A stretch of 63,258 nucleotides of DNA, filler included, from 5 parts of 5 records of this genome joined end to end with filler, not necessarily neighbours in it, one strand, 5' to 3'; shown: positions 1 to 12,694, numbered from the whole stretch's first letter. The notes: generated by a model from the sequence alone, not told the origin. Numbers and translations: made by a program.

Positions 1-26
1 ACTCACTCACTCACTCACTCACTCAC
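1..26 (+). repeat. (ACTC)n microsatellite at contig start
   Basis: Perfect ACTC tandem run, followed by CT-rich low-complexity sequence to ~200. Confidence 0.9.
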
Positions 27-807
27 GCAGCCGAGCTTGGAGTCTCCAAAGCGAGTCAAAGTGAGAGGGACTCTCGCTGCGTCTCTCGAGACGCTGCACA
101 CACTCTCTCTCTCGGTCGGACTCTCTCTCTCTCTCTCTCTCCGTCTCTCGAGACGCTCGAGATTCTCAACTCTCGACTCGCTGCTTCGAGGCTTCAAGTT
201 CACACACTAAAGCAAGCACACACAAAAGCACACAGCAACGCATGCACACAACACACTCGTCAAACACTGCAACGCATGCACGCACCACCCTCTGCACTGC
301 TGCTTTGAACGATAGTTGAGGGCAGGCTGGATACTTTACGCGATGGCTAGCTAGCTAGCTAGCGTGAGTGAGTGAGGGGCCACAGCTGTTCGACCTGCAT
401 TCCAGGGAGGGTTTCCACTCTGGTGGGCGGTTTAGCTCGCTGTTCTGGCTGTTCTTGGTGTGGTTCTGCTTTTGTTTTGTTTTGCCCTGCTTTCGTTTCT
501 GTTCGTGGTTCTTCGTGCTTGTTTCGTGATTCTTCGTGCTTACTTTTCCGTGCGTACGGGCATTCCAACTGTATTTCCTGAGGCCAACAAGGCGCAACTT
601 GCGCAGGAGAACGCGCGGGCGTCTGTGTGATCAGGGAGGGGCTTGTGGTGAATCCAAGCCGACGCTTCGCGCAAAACACTACATGTGAGCAACTGCCGTG
701 CCGTGGCGCCGATGCCACCGCAACCGCACAAGCCACGGTGGCGGTGGCGGCGCTGCCCAGCTGGTGGAACGAGCAGTACGGCAAGCTCGAGAATACGAAG
801 CCACGGC

Positions 808-3800
808 ATGTACTCGAAAGTGTCTGCGGCCTTGCTCCTTCTCTGGCTGTGCTCATTGCAGTTCCATGGGTTGGTGCTCGCTTCCGTGCCGATCCATCGC
901 GAAGCAGGATTCAACCCTTTCCCCATTGATGACGATGAACTTCTTGCCGAGCTCGCACTTGGTGGTGGGCACAATAGCATCTCTCCGACCAAATCGGTCC
1001 GCTTGCGCGGCAGCGGTGCCGCCCACTTCAGTGTGGACGCACCAGTGGCCGACCATTGCTCTGCGGCGCGCAGATGTCGTGATTGCCTTCCTGTCATGGG
1101 ATGCGGCTGGTGCGCGGCGTCTCACACCTGCCAACGGGGAAACAACCGAGGCCCAACGTTGCAGCAGTGTCCACATGAACATTGGCAATTTTCAATGTGC
1201 GACAACAGGTGTGAAGAGCGTGGCGATTCCTGCCTTTCGTGCCTGCAGGCCCCTGATTGCAACTGGTGCGAGCGTGCCGATCAAACAGCAACGGGAAGTA
1301 CATCACCTCATTTATCTGGGTACTGCTTTGACGGCGGCTCCACGAACTGCACCGGTGACCACGACTTTGCAGTGATGGGCAGCACAGAAGGTGGCTCCCG
1401 ACTGCCCAAAATAAGTGCACAATGTGACGCCGCTGCGGCATGGGTCCCAGAGGATTTAGGGCGCCTCATGCGTTTTGCTCAACACCGCTCACAGAGTACG
1501 GCATCCATGATGGCAAAGTTGGAGGCGTCTGCTTCGTTTCAAGCCGAGCTCCGACACCAAGTCGAAGGTCAAGCTGGCGTCGATTCCAATGCTTTGATGG
1601 AAGCTGCGGCTGAGCAAAGCCGCGCTGCCGCTCAAGAGCACCTGCAAATTTACCTGCAGCTCGATGAGCACAAAACGCTCGCAGATCCCCCACAGTTCAG
1701 TCATGAGTCAAAAACGCACTTCATGGTGGCCCCGACCAACCACGAGCATGCGCCACCGCCGTCGCTGGCAGGCATTGCAAGTGTGGCACGAGTACCCCAC
1801 CAGGGATCCCATGGTGGTGATTCGGTGCATATTCTCGGCAGCGGGCGATCAGCGCGTGTGGAGGCGACAATCAGCGACGGCGTGCGCATGTACTTACAGA
1901 CAAGTGAACAGGAAGCGGCGGCGCCTCAATTTAGTCACGCCATGAAAACTCATTTCATGATGCCTCCTGGAAGTCGATCTCGCGCCCCACCTCCTTCGCT
2001 TGCCGGTCTGGCGCTGTCTGGGGACTCCCAGAGCAGCCTGCACGTGGAGCTTGGCTCTCGACACTTTGCTTCGCCGCCAGTGGACCCCGATGGAAACGCA
2101 GTGCAACCAGCCACGGCAGGCGGTTGCAAGGCGCCGTGTATGCCAGCCTGCTTGCCAACGTGTGTGAGTGCGGTTGAGACTGCCGCAAATACTGCGACCA
2201 GAGCTGCCCAACAGGTCGTGAAACCTTCGAGCTCACCGTTGGACCTGAAGCAACCGAATTCGGCTCCGACTGTTTGCGTGACAGCGTGCATGCCAGCGTG
2301 TGCAGCATCCTGCTTGTCGACTCAGCTTGTGGTGATGACGTCGGTTGTCGAGCCACATACGTTGGCTAAAGCCGCGGACGTAGATACTGATGGACCAGAC
2401 GTGGTTGTTTCCGGTGACACCGAAGCTCAGGCAATGTGCGCATCGCCGTGCATGCCAGACTGTAGTGAGTCTTGCCTCCTAAACCACCCACCAACTGATT
2501 ACGTTGCATCGGAGCATGTAGAACGTTCGGAGGCATCCCGCCGCGCTGGGGATGAGAGCCCAACATTCGCTGTGACGTTTCATGATGTACCTGCCTCTGT
2601 TGATGCTTCCATGGATGCAACTCTGGATGGGCACTCGCTGGTGAGGGTGCCATCGGAAGAGGAATCTAAAAGCGCATGGGAGCAGGCCACTGGAAAGCAT
2701 CGAAATCACTTTCATAGCCATCACCATCACCGAAAGCCCCGGCCCGTGACGATGGACCGATCTTCAAGTCTTGACGCACGGGAGGCAGCAGCGTCATACG
2801 TCGCCAAAAACTCCCAACTGCAGAGGTTATTCTCCCATCTGAAGAATGGCGTGGTTCCGGCTTCGCTTGTGTCTGCACCGAGCCCCGCCGGTGACACGAA
2901 CGGTGGGACTAACCCTGCAGCCTGGATTCACCAACGCCTTGAATTGGAGCTGGTGGACGCCATCGTCTCCTTAGCAGAGGCGCAAATCAGCATGCGCCGT
3001 CGCTTAATGCGCGATCTCGAGGACGCGGCAGCGGTTCACAATTTCGCTGGAATGGGACCGGGCCTCATGTGCCCTGGTTTTGTGAGTCCAGTTGCATCTG
3101 CACCAAAACTCTCGATGCCTTCAAGCACTTCTGCCGAGTCCCCACAAAATCTCCAGCATGTCTTGGCGCTTGGAGCTGCCGCTGGGAGCGGCCCTGCTGC
3201 ACCGCTGGCAGCGAGCCAGCACCGTCTGCCAGGGAGCTCAAGTGAAAGCCGCTCAACGCTCAATCTCGCAAGTTTTTTGGAGCTTGCTGTCGACAACGCG
3301 CAGAACCATATTGCAACGCCACCGGCTGTGTCCACCGTCCCGCCTTCCAGCAAAGAAGCACGGGCCAACGGAATTGCAAATGCCAGCGCTGTGGCTGGTG
3401 CCATGACAGTCACCGCTTTCGAGAATGATCTGCAGACGATCAAAATGCAACGCAAGCTTATCCAGCAACTAATTGAGAGTGGCGGAATTTCAGTGTTTGC
3501 TGGTAGCAACAGCAGCCAGGAGCGCAGCAGCGCCGATGCAACACCGTCGCCGAGTGCGGAAGTCGTGCGATGGCGGCAAGCGGTCCTGGATCACACGCGT
3601 GATGTCTTAACTCGTGCCAAGGATCGCCTCTCAGACGCAGCAACGATCGACGCGGAACGTCAGCACAACGATCGATCCACGAATCGGGTACGCGTGGAGC
3701 TGGCGTTGGCGGCTCTGACCAACTCTGTTACGTCAGCGGACAGCCGCTTGAAGCGAACTTTTGACTCTATCCTTGCCGCCACGATTGAGCAGGCTCGCTT

Positions 3801-6800
3801 GCGGGTTAGTGGTTTGCAAGCGGAGCGGCAGCGCCTCGAGCAACAGCGTGCTCAGCTCGCAGCCCAGGTGCAAAGTATGCAAACCCAGTTTCAGGAGTAC
3901 GTCTTGCAGCAATTGTCGCGTGTAATAGAGCACACCAAGAAAACATCGGAGTTGCGAGTGCAGCAACGTGTGGCTGCTGCAAAGAATGAAGTTGAGGTGG
4001 CCGCTTACAATGCTGCACAATTGCAAGCTGCGCGCAACCGGTCTCTTGCAGACAAGGCGGAGCAAGTATCGCGCCGACAGCGTCAGTGGGCTCAACGTGT
4101 CGCTGCAAGGCCTATCAAGGCGGCGGCGCTGAATGCAACGCTGCAGCAGTTCACGGCAATGAAGTTACGTTTGGGAAATTTGACGCTTCAGCATGTGTTG
4201 GCGGGGAAGAACCAGAGCCACGCCGAACAGGCTATTGCGTACAACCGGTCGGTCGTCGCACTGCGCGCTGATTACGAAGACCTTGCCTCTGAGCTTCAAC
4301 GGCAGCGCTTTTTTCAGCTTCGCCTCGAAAACATTTCCTCCCGCGTCCGAGCGCACATCACAGCTCTGATACAAGCCCCGAATGTTTCGGCAGCTGCACC
4401 GGTGCCTGATAACGATACCAATGCCACGCCCCCAACTGTTCCTTTGGCACGGGTTAGAAATTCCTCCGCGGCAGCAGTGCACACTGCAGTTGTTGGTGCC
4501 GCTGCTGTCGCCGCCGCTGCTGGCGGTAATGCATCGTTGGCGGACACGGTATCTGCCGAAGCCGTGGCTGCGGTACAGTCTTGGTTCAACGCGCTGTGGG
4601 TTCACGCCGTCGGGTCAGTGGACCCGCTGAACCAAGACCTTGTCGACAAACAACTGCAAGAAATCAATGCTGGTGTGAAAAAGCTCCTGCACACAACTCG
4701 ACTTCAAGCAGAGGAAACGGATGAATACCAACAAATTCTTCGACGCGAGTCGCACACTCTAGCAGCCTCTACAATTGTTTCAGCAGCCAATACTGCTGGA
4801 CCGACGGTTGTCACGGCGATGACTGTCAAACAGTATAAGTGCCCAACGAACGGAATGCTGGTGCACGACCTGTCGTATTGTTCGAGCAGGCTTGGGCTTG
4901 GCACCAGCCTGGCTTCTGCGCCACGTGATACGGCAGATGGTACAGGCGATGGAGTTGACCTTGTGGCGATGTTATCGCAGTCACATCGGATGCGTGCAAC
5001 CGCTGTTGCATACCACGTTGCAGCCACCAATCTTGCGCACAGCGTGTCTGTCCTGGCAAAGAAGTTGTCTGATCTTTACACCGAGCATGGTGTTGCATCT
5101 GAGTTGCTTGAAAAGTCCAAAGCTAAAACGCAAGAGATGCGGAGTGTGGTGGATGACGCATTGCACAGGATGGTGCAGACAGCTGCGGAGGCAGAGACAT
5201 TTGCCGCAGCATTTCCCACACAGGCAGCGCTGGTGGCCATCAAGCAAACAGCACGTATCCGGGAGATCTTGGATGAACAAATTGCGGCACGAACGGTGTG
5301 GCGGGATGAGCACCTTGCTGCGCTGGATGACGCCGTGTCAGAAGCCCACAATGCTTACCTTGCAGCAAAGGAGGACTACGAGTCTGCAACTGCTGACGCA
5401 GAGCGGCAAACGGCTGCAGAATTGGCGCATGTCCGCGAGTTGCGCGCAAATGTCGTTTCACGTGTTGCCAACATTCAATTCGAAGCCAATGCATCCGTTA
5501 CAGCTGTTCTAGGCTCACTCGGTGCCCTACAGCGCCATGTCCACGACTTGGATCTTGCAAAGCAACAACCTTCAACTGTTGGAGAGGGAAGCGATGAAGA
5601 CGACACCATCGGCGAGGGATTTGAGTTTCTTGACCGGGTGGCGGGAGTCCTCAATCTTGGGGGTGTACTGGGCGGATCCAGGGCCTGGGAAGGGTTGGCG
5701 AAGCTTCGGGACTCCGTTGGAGCCCGTGTGTCGCGGCTTGCCCAAGAAGAAGCTGCTGCCAAAGCAGACGCGCAGCAAGCAAACGAGACGTTGCTGCACA
5801 CTTGGAGTCATTTTATGCTACAAGAACAAGCAAAGCGTAGTGGCGAGCAGCACCGTCTTGACGCGCGCCGGCAAGCGGCAACCTCAGCGATCAGTCGAGC
5901 AGATGCTGAGCAAACGCTCGCTCGCAATGCAACGCTAGACATTCTTCGGCTGCAGCTGGCGACAGTGAATGTGTTGATTTCAGCCGCTGACTCGCCTGCA
6001 GCTGGAAGTGCGCGATCTCCGCTGTCTGCGGTGGGGCCCCTGCTAATGCGCGCATTTGAGGCAACAGATGCCCTCGAAGGTGAGGTGCGTGCCTTCAAGC
6101 AGGCGAAAGCGGACGCACTTTTAGCGCAGTCTGCAGTATACGATACCGGAGAGCGCATCAGTCAGCGACGCATGGATGCCAACCAAGAGTTGGTTCACCA
6201 ACTGCAACACATTCAACAAGAGGCCGTTCAGAAAATGCCGGGAGCCGAGGCGCTTCAATTTCTCAACGAACCTAACAACTCTGCGCATGCGCTGACTGTG
6301 TCGTTTGTCGAGCTCGCCGAGGCACTTACAACAGCGCACCGCCACCGATCTCTCTCGAGTGTAAGCTCAAGCACGGGCGTGCCGACGATCGTCATATCAG
6401 ATGAGCCGGCGCCGACATCATTTGTGGTGCCACCAGTGGATGCCAAACCACCCCAGCTGGCCGTGCCACCGGCGATTTTAGTGCTTGAACGTCACGCCGA
6501 TCATGAAGATATGCAGACGGTATCGCGAGGGCAATCTGACGCTTATAGAGATGAACAAGTTGCTGTGTCCCGAGGAAAAGCTATGCCCTTTGGTGCGGAG
6601 GGAATTCAGCATTCTGTCGCTGCCCTGCATGGTGACACGGAGACGGTCACGGTAGCTGACCCAGGCGCAGTAGTCGATGTCAAAGATGCACCCAACGATT
6701 GCCCTTGTGATGAGCACGGCGAAACAGTGCCTGCAACACTTGTTGCAGTTGGGACGATATCCAAGCCGTGCCCATGCAAAAAGCCTGCAGCCCTGATGTG

Positions 6801-9340
6801 TGGCTGTGAGCCCATGCAGTGTCCATGTGGGGCCGCGGACTGCATTCCAAGCTCGTCTGCCGCTGTGTCAAAAATGCTTGGCGATAATAGGGCTGAGGTG
6901 TACCTGTTCGACAACGCCGTCGGCCACACGCTGCGGTGTGTTGTTCCATGCGAGAGTGTGGTTGTCACTCATGCGCCTTTCGTCGTTGGCACCATGCCCC
7001 AAAGCGGCCCCGACGGCAGTGGAAATCGCGTCGCTTTCTCTGGAGGCACCAGACCTCGTGATGTTTGTGTTGACATGTTTCAGCAAGCAATGCACGTCGG
7101 TTCTTTTGTGTGCGGGCGTTTCAAGGCGGAAGGCCGGTGCCATCTCCCCACCACCGCTGCGCCCCTGGGTATGGATGCAGCGCCGAATGAGCCCGTTGAT
7201 GTCACGACTACGACTGTTGCGTTCGGGAAAGTAACCACGGCCGCGCCTAATGCTGCGACCACCACGACAAAACTAGGCACGACGACGCCCACCCGCCCGG
7301 GAACCAAGACAACGACTGCGCTGGCAACGACCGAGCCCAGCAAGTCAACGACGACTCCAGGCAAATCGACGGCAACACCCACGTCGAACGCGCCAACAAC
7401 AACCGCCAAGTTACAAGCATCAACAACGTCAGCTGCCACTACGGGACCAACAACACTAGGTCCCAGCAGCAAGTCGACAACTTTGCCCCCTGGAAAGCCA
7501 ACCACTTCGGCGTCGACGACTGCGGCCCCGGTGACCCGTTCCACAAGCAGCACTCCCCCTGGAAAATCGACCACCACGACTTCGGCCTCACCTGGAAAAT
7601 CTACTACAGCGACCACTACCCTCGTTGTCAAAACGACTCAAGTTGCCAAGACTACTCAAGCTCAAGGGGGCAAGACTACTCAAGGGGGCAAGACTACTCA
7701 AACTGCCGTGACCACCACATCCGTCAAGGCAACTCTTGCTCCAAAAGAGACCACCAAACGACCCCCAGGAGCACGCACGACAACCCCTGCCAGTGGGTCA
7801 TGTGTCACAGCCAACGGGAGCCAGCTGAAGCCCGGGGATGTGGTGAGGTTGGGCACTGCCTTTGCGAATCTTGCCATGACAGAGCCTCCCGCTGCTGAGT
7901 TCGGTGTGTCAGGCACAGTTGTATCTGTCGTGCCCAGTGAAGGAAAGTTGAAGCTCAAGGCCATGCGTGGCGCTGGAGATGATATTCAGATCGGCAATGA
8001 CTCCAGCTTGGGTCAGTCAGAGTTTGCCAATGGAGATGGGGCGAATGCCACTGCCACAAATGAAGCAGCATACGTATTTGGGCTGTGTCGCGACGCCAGT
8101 TTTGTTAATCCCGCTGCGTCTTGCACATCCAAGGACGGCACACGAATCATGGCCGGGATGGATATTTCCCTGACATCAGATGATCAGCTGGGCAACTGGC
8201 CGGAGTTGAACTCTGCTGATTCAGATGTTGTTTCGGCCTCCGTTGTCCTAGTGATGAATCTCAACGACACCGACTTTGCCCTCGTGTACCCAAAAAGTTT
8301 GAATATGTCGTCCGCAAAACTCATTGCCTGCGATTCCGTTGCCGACGTGCGCGAAGAACAAGGTAAAGAACAGCGAAAGCGGTACACGGATTGTGCAACG
8401 ATGGTCGCAAAAAATGGGGCTTTGTACGGATTGGTGGGCAGTGGACTTCGCGCCAAGGTGGTGGAGGATCAATTTTCAACTGAGCGAGCCCTTTTGCTTG
8501 CATGCCTCTCCGGCCAAATCCAGATTGACCAGGACGAAGGGCAAAGCGGCAGCAAAGTTGCGGCCTCTGAAATCGCAGACGATCGTATGCGATCAATGAT
8601 ACCACTCCAAGATCCGGGACCAGGACCCCCCTCCACAATGGCTGGTAGTGTTGAATTTGTGCGCGATATCGGCCAACCCCAATTGCAAGCCCCACCCATA
8701 GTCGGTGAAGCCACGCCTCAAGCAGTGCCGAACGTGATGCGGGGACCAGGAGGCCAACTTGCCCGGGCACTCTTCGGAAAAGGTCCAGGGCTCTTTCTCC
8801 AACTGTCGAGCTCGCAAGATGCAAATGAACCGCACATAGGGAGACTGGAGGATACTGCGGAAGAAGCGAGTGCTGGCGATGTATTGCGCGAGGTGCGCGA
8901 CTGGCTCCAATCCAACGACCCAGACAGCCGCGAGGCCATACAGGCTCGCAACGATGCTGCAGTCGAGGAATACCTTGCGGCTGCCTCGAAAGCACTCCGC
9001 GCATACTACAAAAAAGTCAGTCCGAACAAGGAAAATCATGTCGACGCAATAGTCCAGGCGTATTTGGTCCCGAACGGGCCGTCGGGTGAAGACCGTAAGT
9101 CGGAGCTCGTGGCACGTCTTTCACATATCTATGGAGTTACCCCCATCCTTCCTTCGCGGTACGGTTTTTCAGATATTTTTCTTTCCTTGTGTTCGTTTCT
9201 CGCTTGTGGACACTGAGTCACGTTTGCGTAAACTTTATGCTTCCTTGTGCAGGCCAACCCACGTGCCGCTGTCTTCCGACGCGGAGCTTCGTCAGGGCTT
9301 TGATGTTGAGGGGTCGGTGCACATAGGCACAGGGCTGTAG
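808..9340 (+). CDS. Large secreted eukaryotic protein (two PSI domains, Cys-rich repeats, coiled coil, Thr-rich mucin-like region); predicted exons 808-9158 and 9253-9340
   Basis: 8.5-kb open frame (track ORF 685-9216 starts at GTG). ATG 808 is followed by a signal-peptide-like MYSKVSAALLLLWLCSLQFHGLVLA. PSI-like CxxCxxxxxCxWC motifs occur twice. A GTACGG...TGCAG intron at 9159-9252 joins in phase to RPTHVPLSS...GTGL*. Confidence 0.75.
7200..7790 (+). repeat. Thr/Pro/Ser-rich low-complexity coding region with a short tandem duplication (QGGKTT)x2
   Basis: Repeated PGKST/TTT motifs; CAAGGGGGCAAGACTACT occurs twice in tandem at ~7663-7698. Confidence 0.8.
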
Positions 9341-10163
9341 ACAGTCGTGCAAAAATTAACTCGGACCCGCTGCGACTCTCGCGCGGACAGGATTTGCCGG
9401 TCCACGGCCAGTCATTGAATATCTTTAACTTTTAATACTAACATCTTGACAATGACCTTTGCTTTTCACATTGACCGGTGTTCCTTCTCTCTCGCAATGA
9501 CAACAGTACAGTCGTCGCCACTGTCGTTGTTGGTCTCGCTCGCGGTGCTGCTGGATTCGGGCTCCAACATACTTTTTGCGTCAGCATAACCTCAAGTTTG
9601 TGCAACATTCTTTTTGTCGCATTGGCAGGCATTCGCCGTGTCTTGCATTCCACTTGCGTTCGTTCGTTTGGTTGCTTCCGCCCCCTCTCCATTGCTGCAC
9701 CATTCCGCCCACCAACTCGCACAAGCATTCGTCATCAACCGCAAGTACGTTGTAATTGCCGCATCGCAGGACCGGTACCGATAGGTTGGGGTGCTATGAA
9801 TAATACGAACCATAGTTGCATGGTCGTGCCCATTGTGTCCGCAGCCAAACAACAGAATGCAGCCGCCAACAGACAGACAGAATGGAGCAAAACACTGCCA
9901 GCATGGCGCGCGGTGCAGCGTCCCCATTTCTACGAATTCCGAACGTCGTCCTCCACAATGGAGCAGCACCGCAACTTCGCCAAGTGAAGTTCCTCAAAAC
10001 AAACAACAAGCAGCAGCAAAGATGGGGCAGAGTGTGACTTTAAAGCTTTGTGGGTAATGTTTTCAGTAATGTTGTCTAAGTGAGTAACGTTTCAGTGAAT
10101 GCGCAAAAATGGCATGCATCGACCTCGAGGTCAAGAAGTGGCCAACTCACTCCCTGTCTTCAG

Positions 10164-10188
10164 CTCACTCACTCACTCACTCACTCAC
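10164..10188 (+). repeat. (ACTC)n microsatellite at contig end
   Basis: Same unit and orientation as at the contig start; assembly breaks here. Confidence 0.9.
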
Positions 10189-10288
10189 NNNNNNNNNNNN
10201 NNNNNNNNNNNNNNNNNNNNNNNNNNNNNNNNTTAATTAATTAANNNNNNNNNNNNNNNNNNNNNNNNNNNNNNNNNNNNNNNNNNNN
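10189..10288. other. Artificial contig linker
   Basis: 44 N + TTAATTAATTAA + 44 N (stops in all frames). Confidence 0.98.
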
Positions 10289-11044
10289 TAACATAACGAT
10301 TCGTTTTTTGATTAATGAATTATAAAATGGATTGATGATGGAATATTGCATTCCGTTTAATTGCTTCAATAGTAAATATTGATATTCTTTTTGGGTATTG
10401 AGTTTATTAGAAGTATGCAGATCTGTTATATATTCTAAGTTTTGAGTGTGTTCCTTTTTATACAACCAAGCAATTGGGTTTATCCAGAATACAATGGTGT
10501 ATATATGAAGAAAAATAACATCAATAGAATGGTGCTGCTTTGCATGAATTTGCTCATGGGTTAGAATGGCTTCTAATTCCTTCTCTTTATATATGTTTGG
10601 ATTGTAAACTATATAGTTGAAGAATGAAAACGGACTCATATTTTCGTTTGTTAGCACATAGTTAAAATTACCTTTCTTGAGAGTTCCTTTTTTTATAAAC
10701 CGATATAATGAAGCTAATTGAATTAATAGCTTAGTGCTAAAAAATAATATTCCTAATAGATATCCATAGAAAGCATAAGTTAGTAATTTACTGGCTACAG
10801 AAATTTCTTGTGCTGTTTCATTTGTTATTGTAGGTAGAGAAGTAGGAGTATTTGTAGGAACTTCAATAATATTTATAGTTTTAAAATAAATAAAAGGGAT
10901 AACGATGGAGGCAATCAATCCAAAATTTAAAAACCATCTAGTTGAATTAAAAAAAGTTTCTTTTTTTAAAAATAGGTGGTAAACTGCCCAGAATAATACC
11001 AAAATCCCAGACGATTTTACGAGATGTATAAAGAAAACTTCCAT
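10289..11044 (-). CDS. M56 family (BlaR1/MecR1-like) membrane metallopeptidase, 3'-truncated by contig end
   Basis: N-terminal TM helices, SPFSFF, HExxH (HEQIH), WINP...E motif; translationally coupled to BlaI. Confidence 0.9.
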
Positions 11045-11403
11045 TAGTTATTTTTTTCTATTTGTTCTATAATTTCTTTTAATTCTGCAACGCTAATCTT
11101 TTTTTCATCAGCAAAAAACGAAACAATGTTTTTATAGGAGTTGTTGAAATAATCTTCAACTGCTGTCGATACAAATCTTTTTCGGTAGGCTTCCTTTTTT
11201 ATAATAGGGTAGTATTGATGTGTATTTCCAAAAGCATTATGTGCTACGTATCCTTTTTCTTCTAAATTTCTAATAATAGTAGAAAGAGTGTTGTAATGGG
11301 GTTTATCTTCCCTTATTTCTGCTTGAACTTCTTTTACAAAAGCTTTGTCAAGCTTCCATAAAATCTTCATAATTTCTTCTTCTTTATTTGTTAACTTTTG
11401 CAT
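11044..11403 (-). CDS. BlaI/MecI/CopY family transcriptional repressor
   Basis: MQKLTNKEEEIMKILW...HYNTLSTIIRNLEEKGYV winged helix. Start moved to ATG 11403; TAATG overlap with the M56 gene. Confidence 0.92.
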   Translation of the reverse strand: MQKLTNKEEEIMKILWKLDKAFVKEVQAEIREDKPHYNTLSTIIRNLEEKGYVAHNAFGNTHQYYPIIKKEAYRKRFVSTAVEDYFNNSYKNIVSFFADEKKISVAELKEIIEQIEKNN

Positions 11404-11442
11404 GAGTAGAAGTTTATTTCTTTTAAGTTGAAACGAATATAT

Positions 11443-11498
11443 AACTATTATTTTAGTTATACAACTATAAAAATAGTTAATCAACTATTATTTTAGTT
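11443..11498. promoter_or_regulatory. Three AACTA-N6-TAGTT palindromes, candidate BlaI-family operators
   Basis: Copies at 11443-11458, 11463-11478 and 11483-11498 with an exact 20-bp period, directly upstream of blaI. Confidence 0.75.
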
Positions 11499-11597
11499 TT
11501 CTATTGTTTTTGTTGTTGGTTATTTATAAATACTGTTATGTTTTGCTAAAGGAAAAAGTATCTTTGTTTAGCAAAATACTTTGTAAGAATTTTTTAT

Positions 11598-12533
11598 ATG
11601 AATTTACTCTTTATTGTTTCTGGATTAATCTTATTGATATTAGGAGGAAATTGGTTGTTAAAGTCGGCAGTTAGTATTTCTTTACGACTTAATATTCCTA
11701 AAATAGTAATCGGAATGACGGTGGTTTCATTTGCCACATCAGCTCCAGAATTAATTGTAAGTGTAAAATCTGCTTTAAATGGTTTTCCAGATTTAGCAAT
11801 GGGAAATGTGGTTGGTTCTAATGTGGCAAATTTAGGATTGGTTTTGGCAGTAACTATTATTTTATCTCCTATACAAGTGGAACGAAGCTTTTATAAAACC
11901 GATTGGCCAGTAATGATGATTTCTTCTTGTGTGTTATTTGGTTTTGTAGCTTTTGACAATTCTCTACAGCGCTATGAAGGGATTATCCTAGTGCTCTTTC
12001 TAATAATTTTTTTAATCTATCTTTTAAAAGTTCAAAAACCTGCAGTTGTGGAGGAATTGGAGGTAAAGGAGGAACCGCCTTTATCGGTTTTAAAAACAGG
12101 GATTCTCTTAGGTTTAGGAGGAGTCTGCTTATGGGGAGGTTCGGAATTACTAATTAGCGGAGCAGTTGGAATGGCCGAATTTTATGGAGTAAGTAAAAGG
12201 GTAATAGCGGTAACGGTAGTTTCTATAGGAACAAGTGTGCCTGAATTGGCAGCTTCTATAATAGCAGTAATGAAAAAGGAAAAAGCTATCTCTTTAGGGA
12301 ACTTAATAGGTTCTAATATGTTCAATATTTTGGCGGTTCTTGGAGTTACTTCAATTATTCAACCAATTATAATTAACGATAAGGGCTTACTTACTAACGA
12401 TATTTATTGGATGTTGGGAATCTCATTTATTATCCTACCATTGGTTTTTTTGCCAAGAGGATTACGATTAGGTTGGCGCGATGGAATAATTTTATTAGGG
12501 CTATACGGTATTTTTGTCTGGACTATACTTTAG
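11598..12533 (+). CDS. Calcium/sodium antiporter (YrbG-like, CaCA family)
   Basis: Two alpha repeats ATSAPE...GNVVGSN and GTSVPE...GNLIGSN; Bacteroidetes -7 promoter box TATCTTTG at 11559-11566. Confidence 0.92.
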   Translation: MNLLFIVSGLILLILGGNWLLKSAVSISLRLNIPKIVIGMTVVSFATSAPELIVSVKSALNGFPDLAMGNVVGSNVANLGLVLAVTIILSPIQVERSFYKTDWPVMMISSCVLFGFVAFDNSLQRYEGIILVLFLIIFLIYLLKVQKPAVVEELEVKEEPPLSVLKTGILLGLGGVCLWGGSELLISGAVGMAEFYGVSKRVIAVTVVSIGTSVPELAASIIAVMKKEKAISLGNLIGSNMFNILAVLGVTSIIQPIIINDKGLLTNDIYWMLGISFIILPLVFLPRGLRLGWRDGIILLGLYGIFVWTIL

Positions 12534-12663
12534 ATTAAGTATCTTATTTACAATGTTTTAGGATGTAATAGTTTTGCTATTTTAACGGCTATATCGAACC
12601 GTTTTTCAGTTTTTTTCTAGTGGTTATTGACCTATTTTTATGGTGTTCTATAAAAGAACAAAA

Positions 12664-12694
12664 AAAAATGCTGCCTAAAATAGACAGCATTTTT
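12664..12694. terminator. Bidirectional intrinsic terminator
   Basis: AAAAATGCTG...CAGCATTTTT hairpin between convergent genes. Confidence 0.75.

Noticed and set aside
685-807. N-terminal extension of the giant ORF from GTG 685
   Set aside because: Eukaryotic context; ATG 808 directly precedes a signal-peptide-like segment.
9438-10057. Short ORFs downstream of the giant gene
   Set aside because: No recognisable motifs or consistent exon structure.
1-10188. (ACTC)n at both contig ends as telomeres or terminal repeats
   Set aside because: Same orientation at both ends and short internal copies exist; better explained as microsatellites that break assembly.
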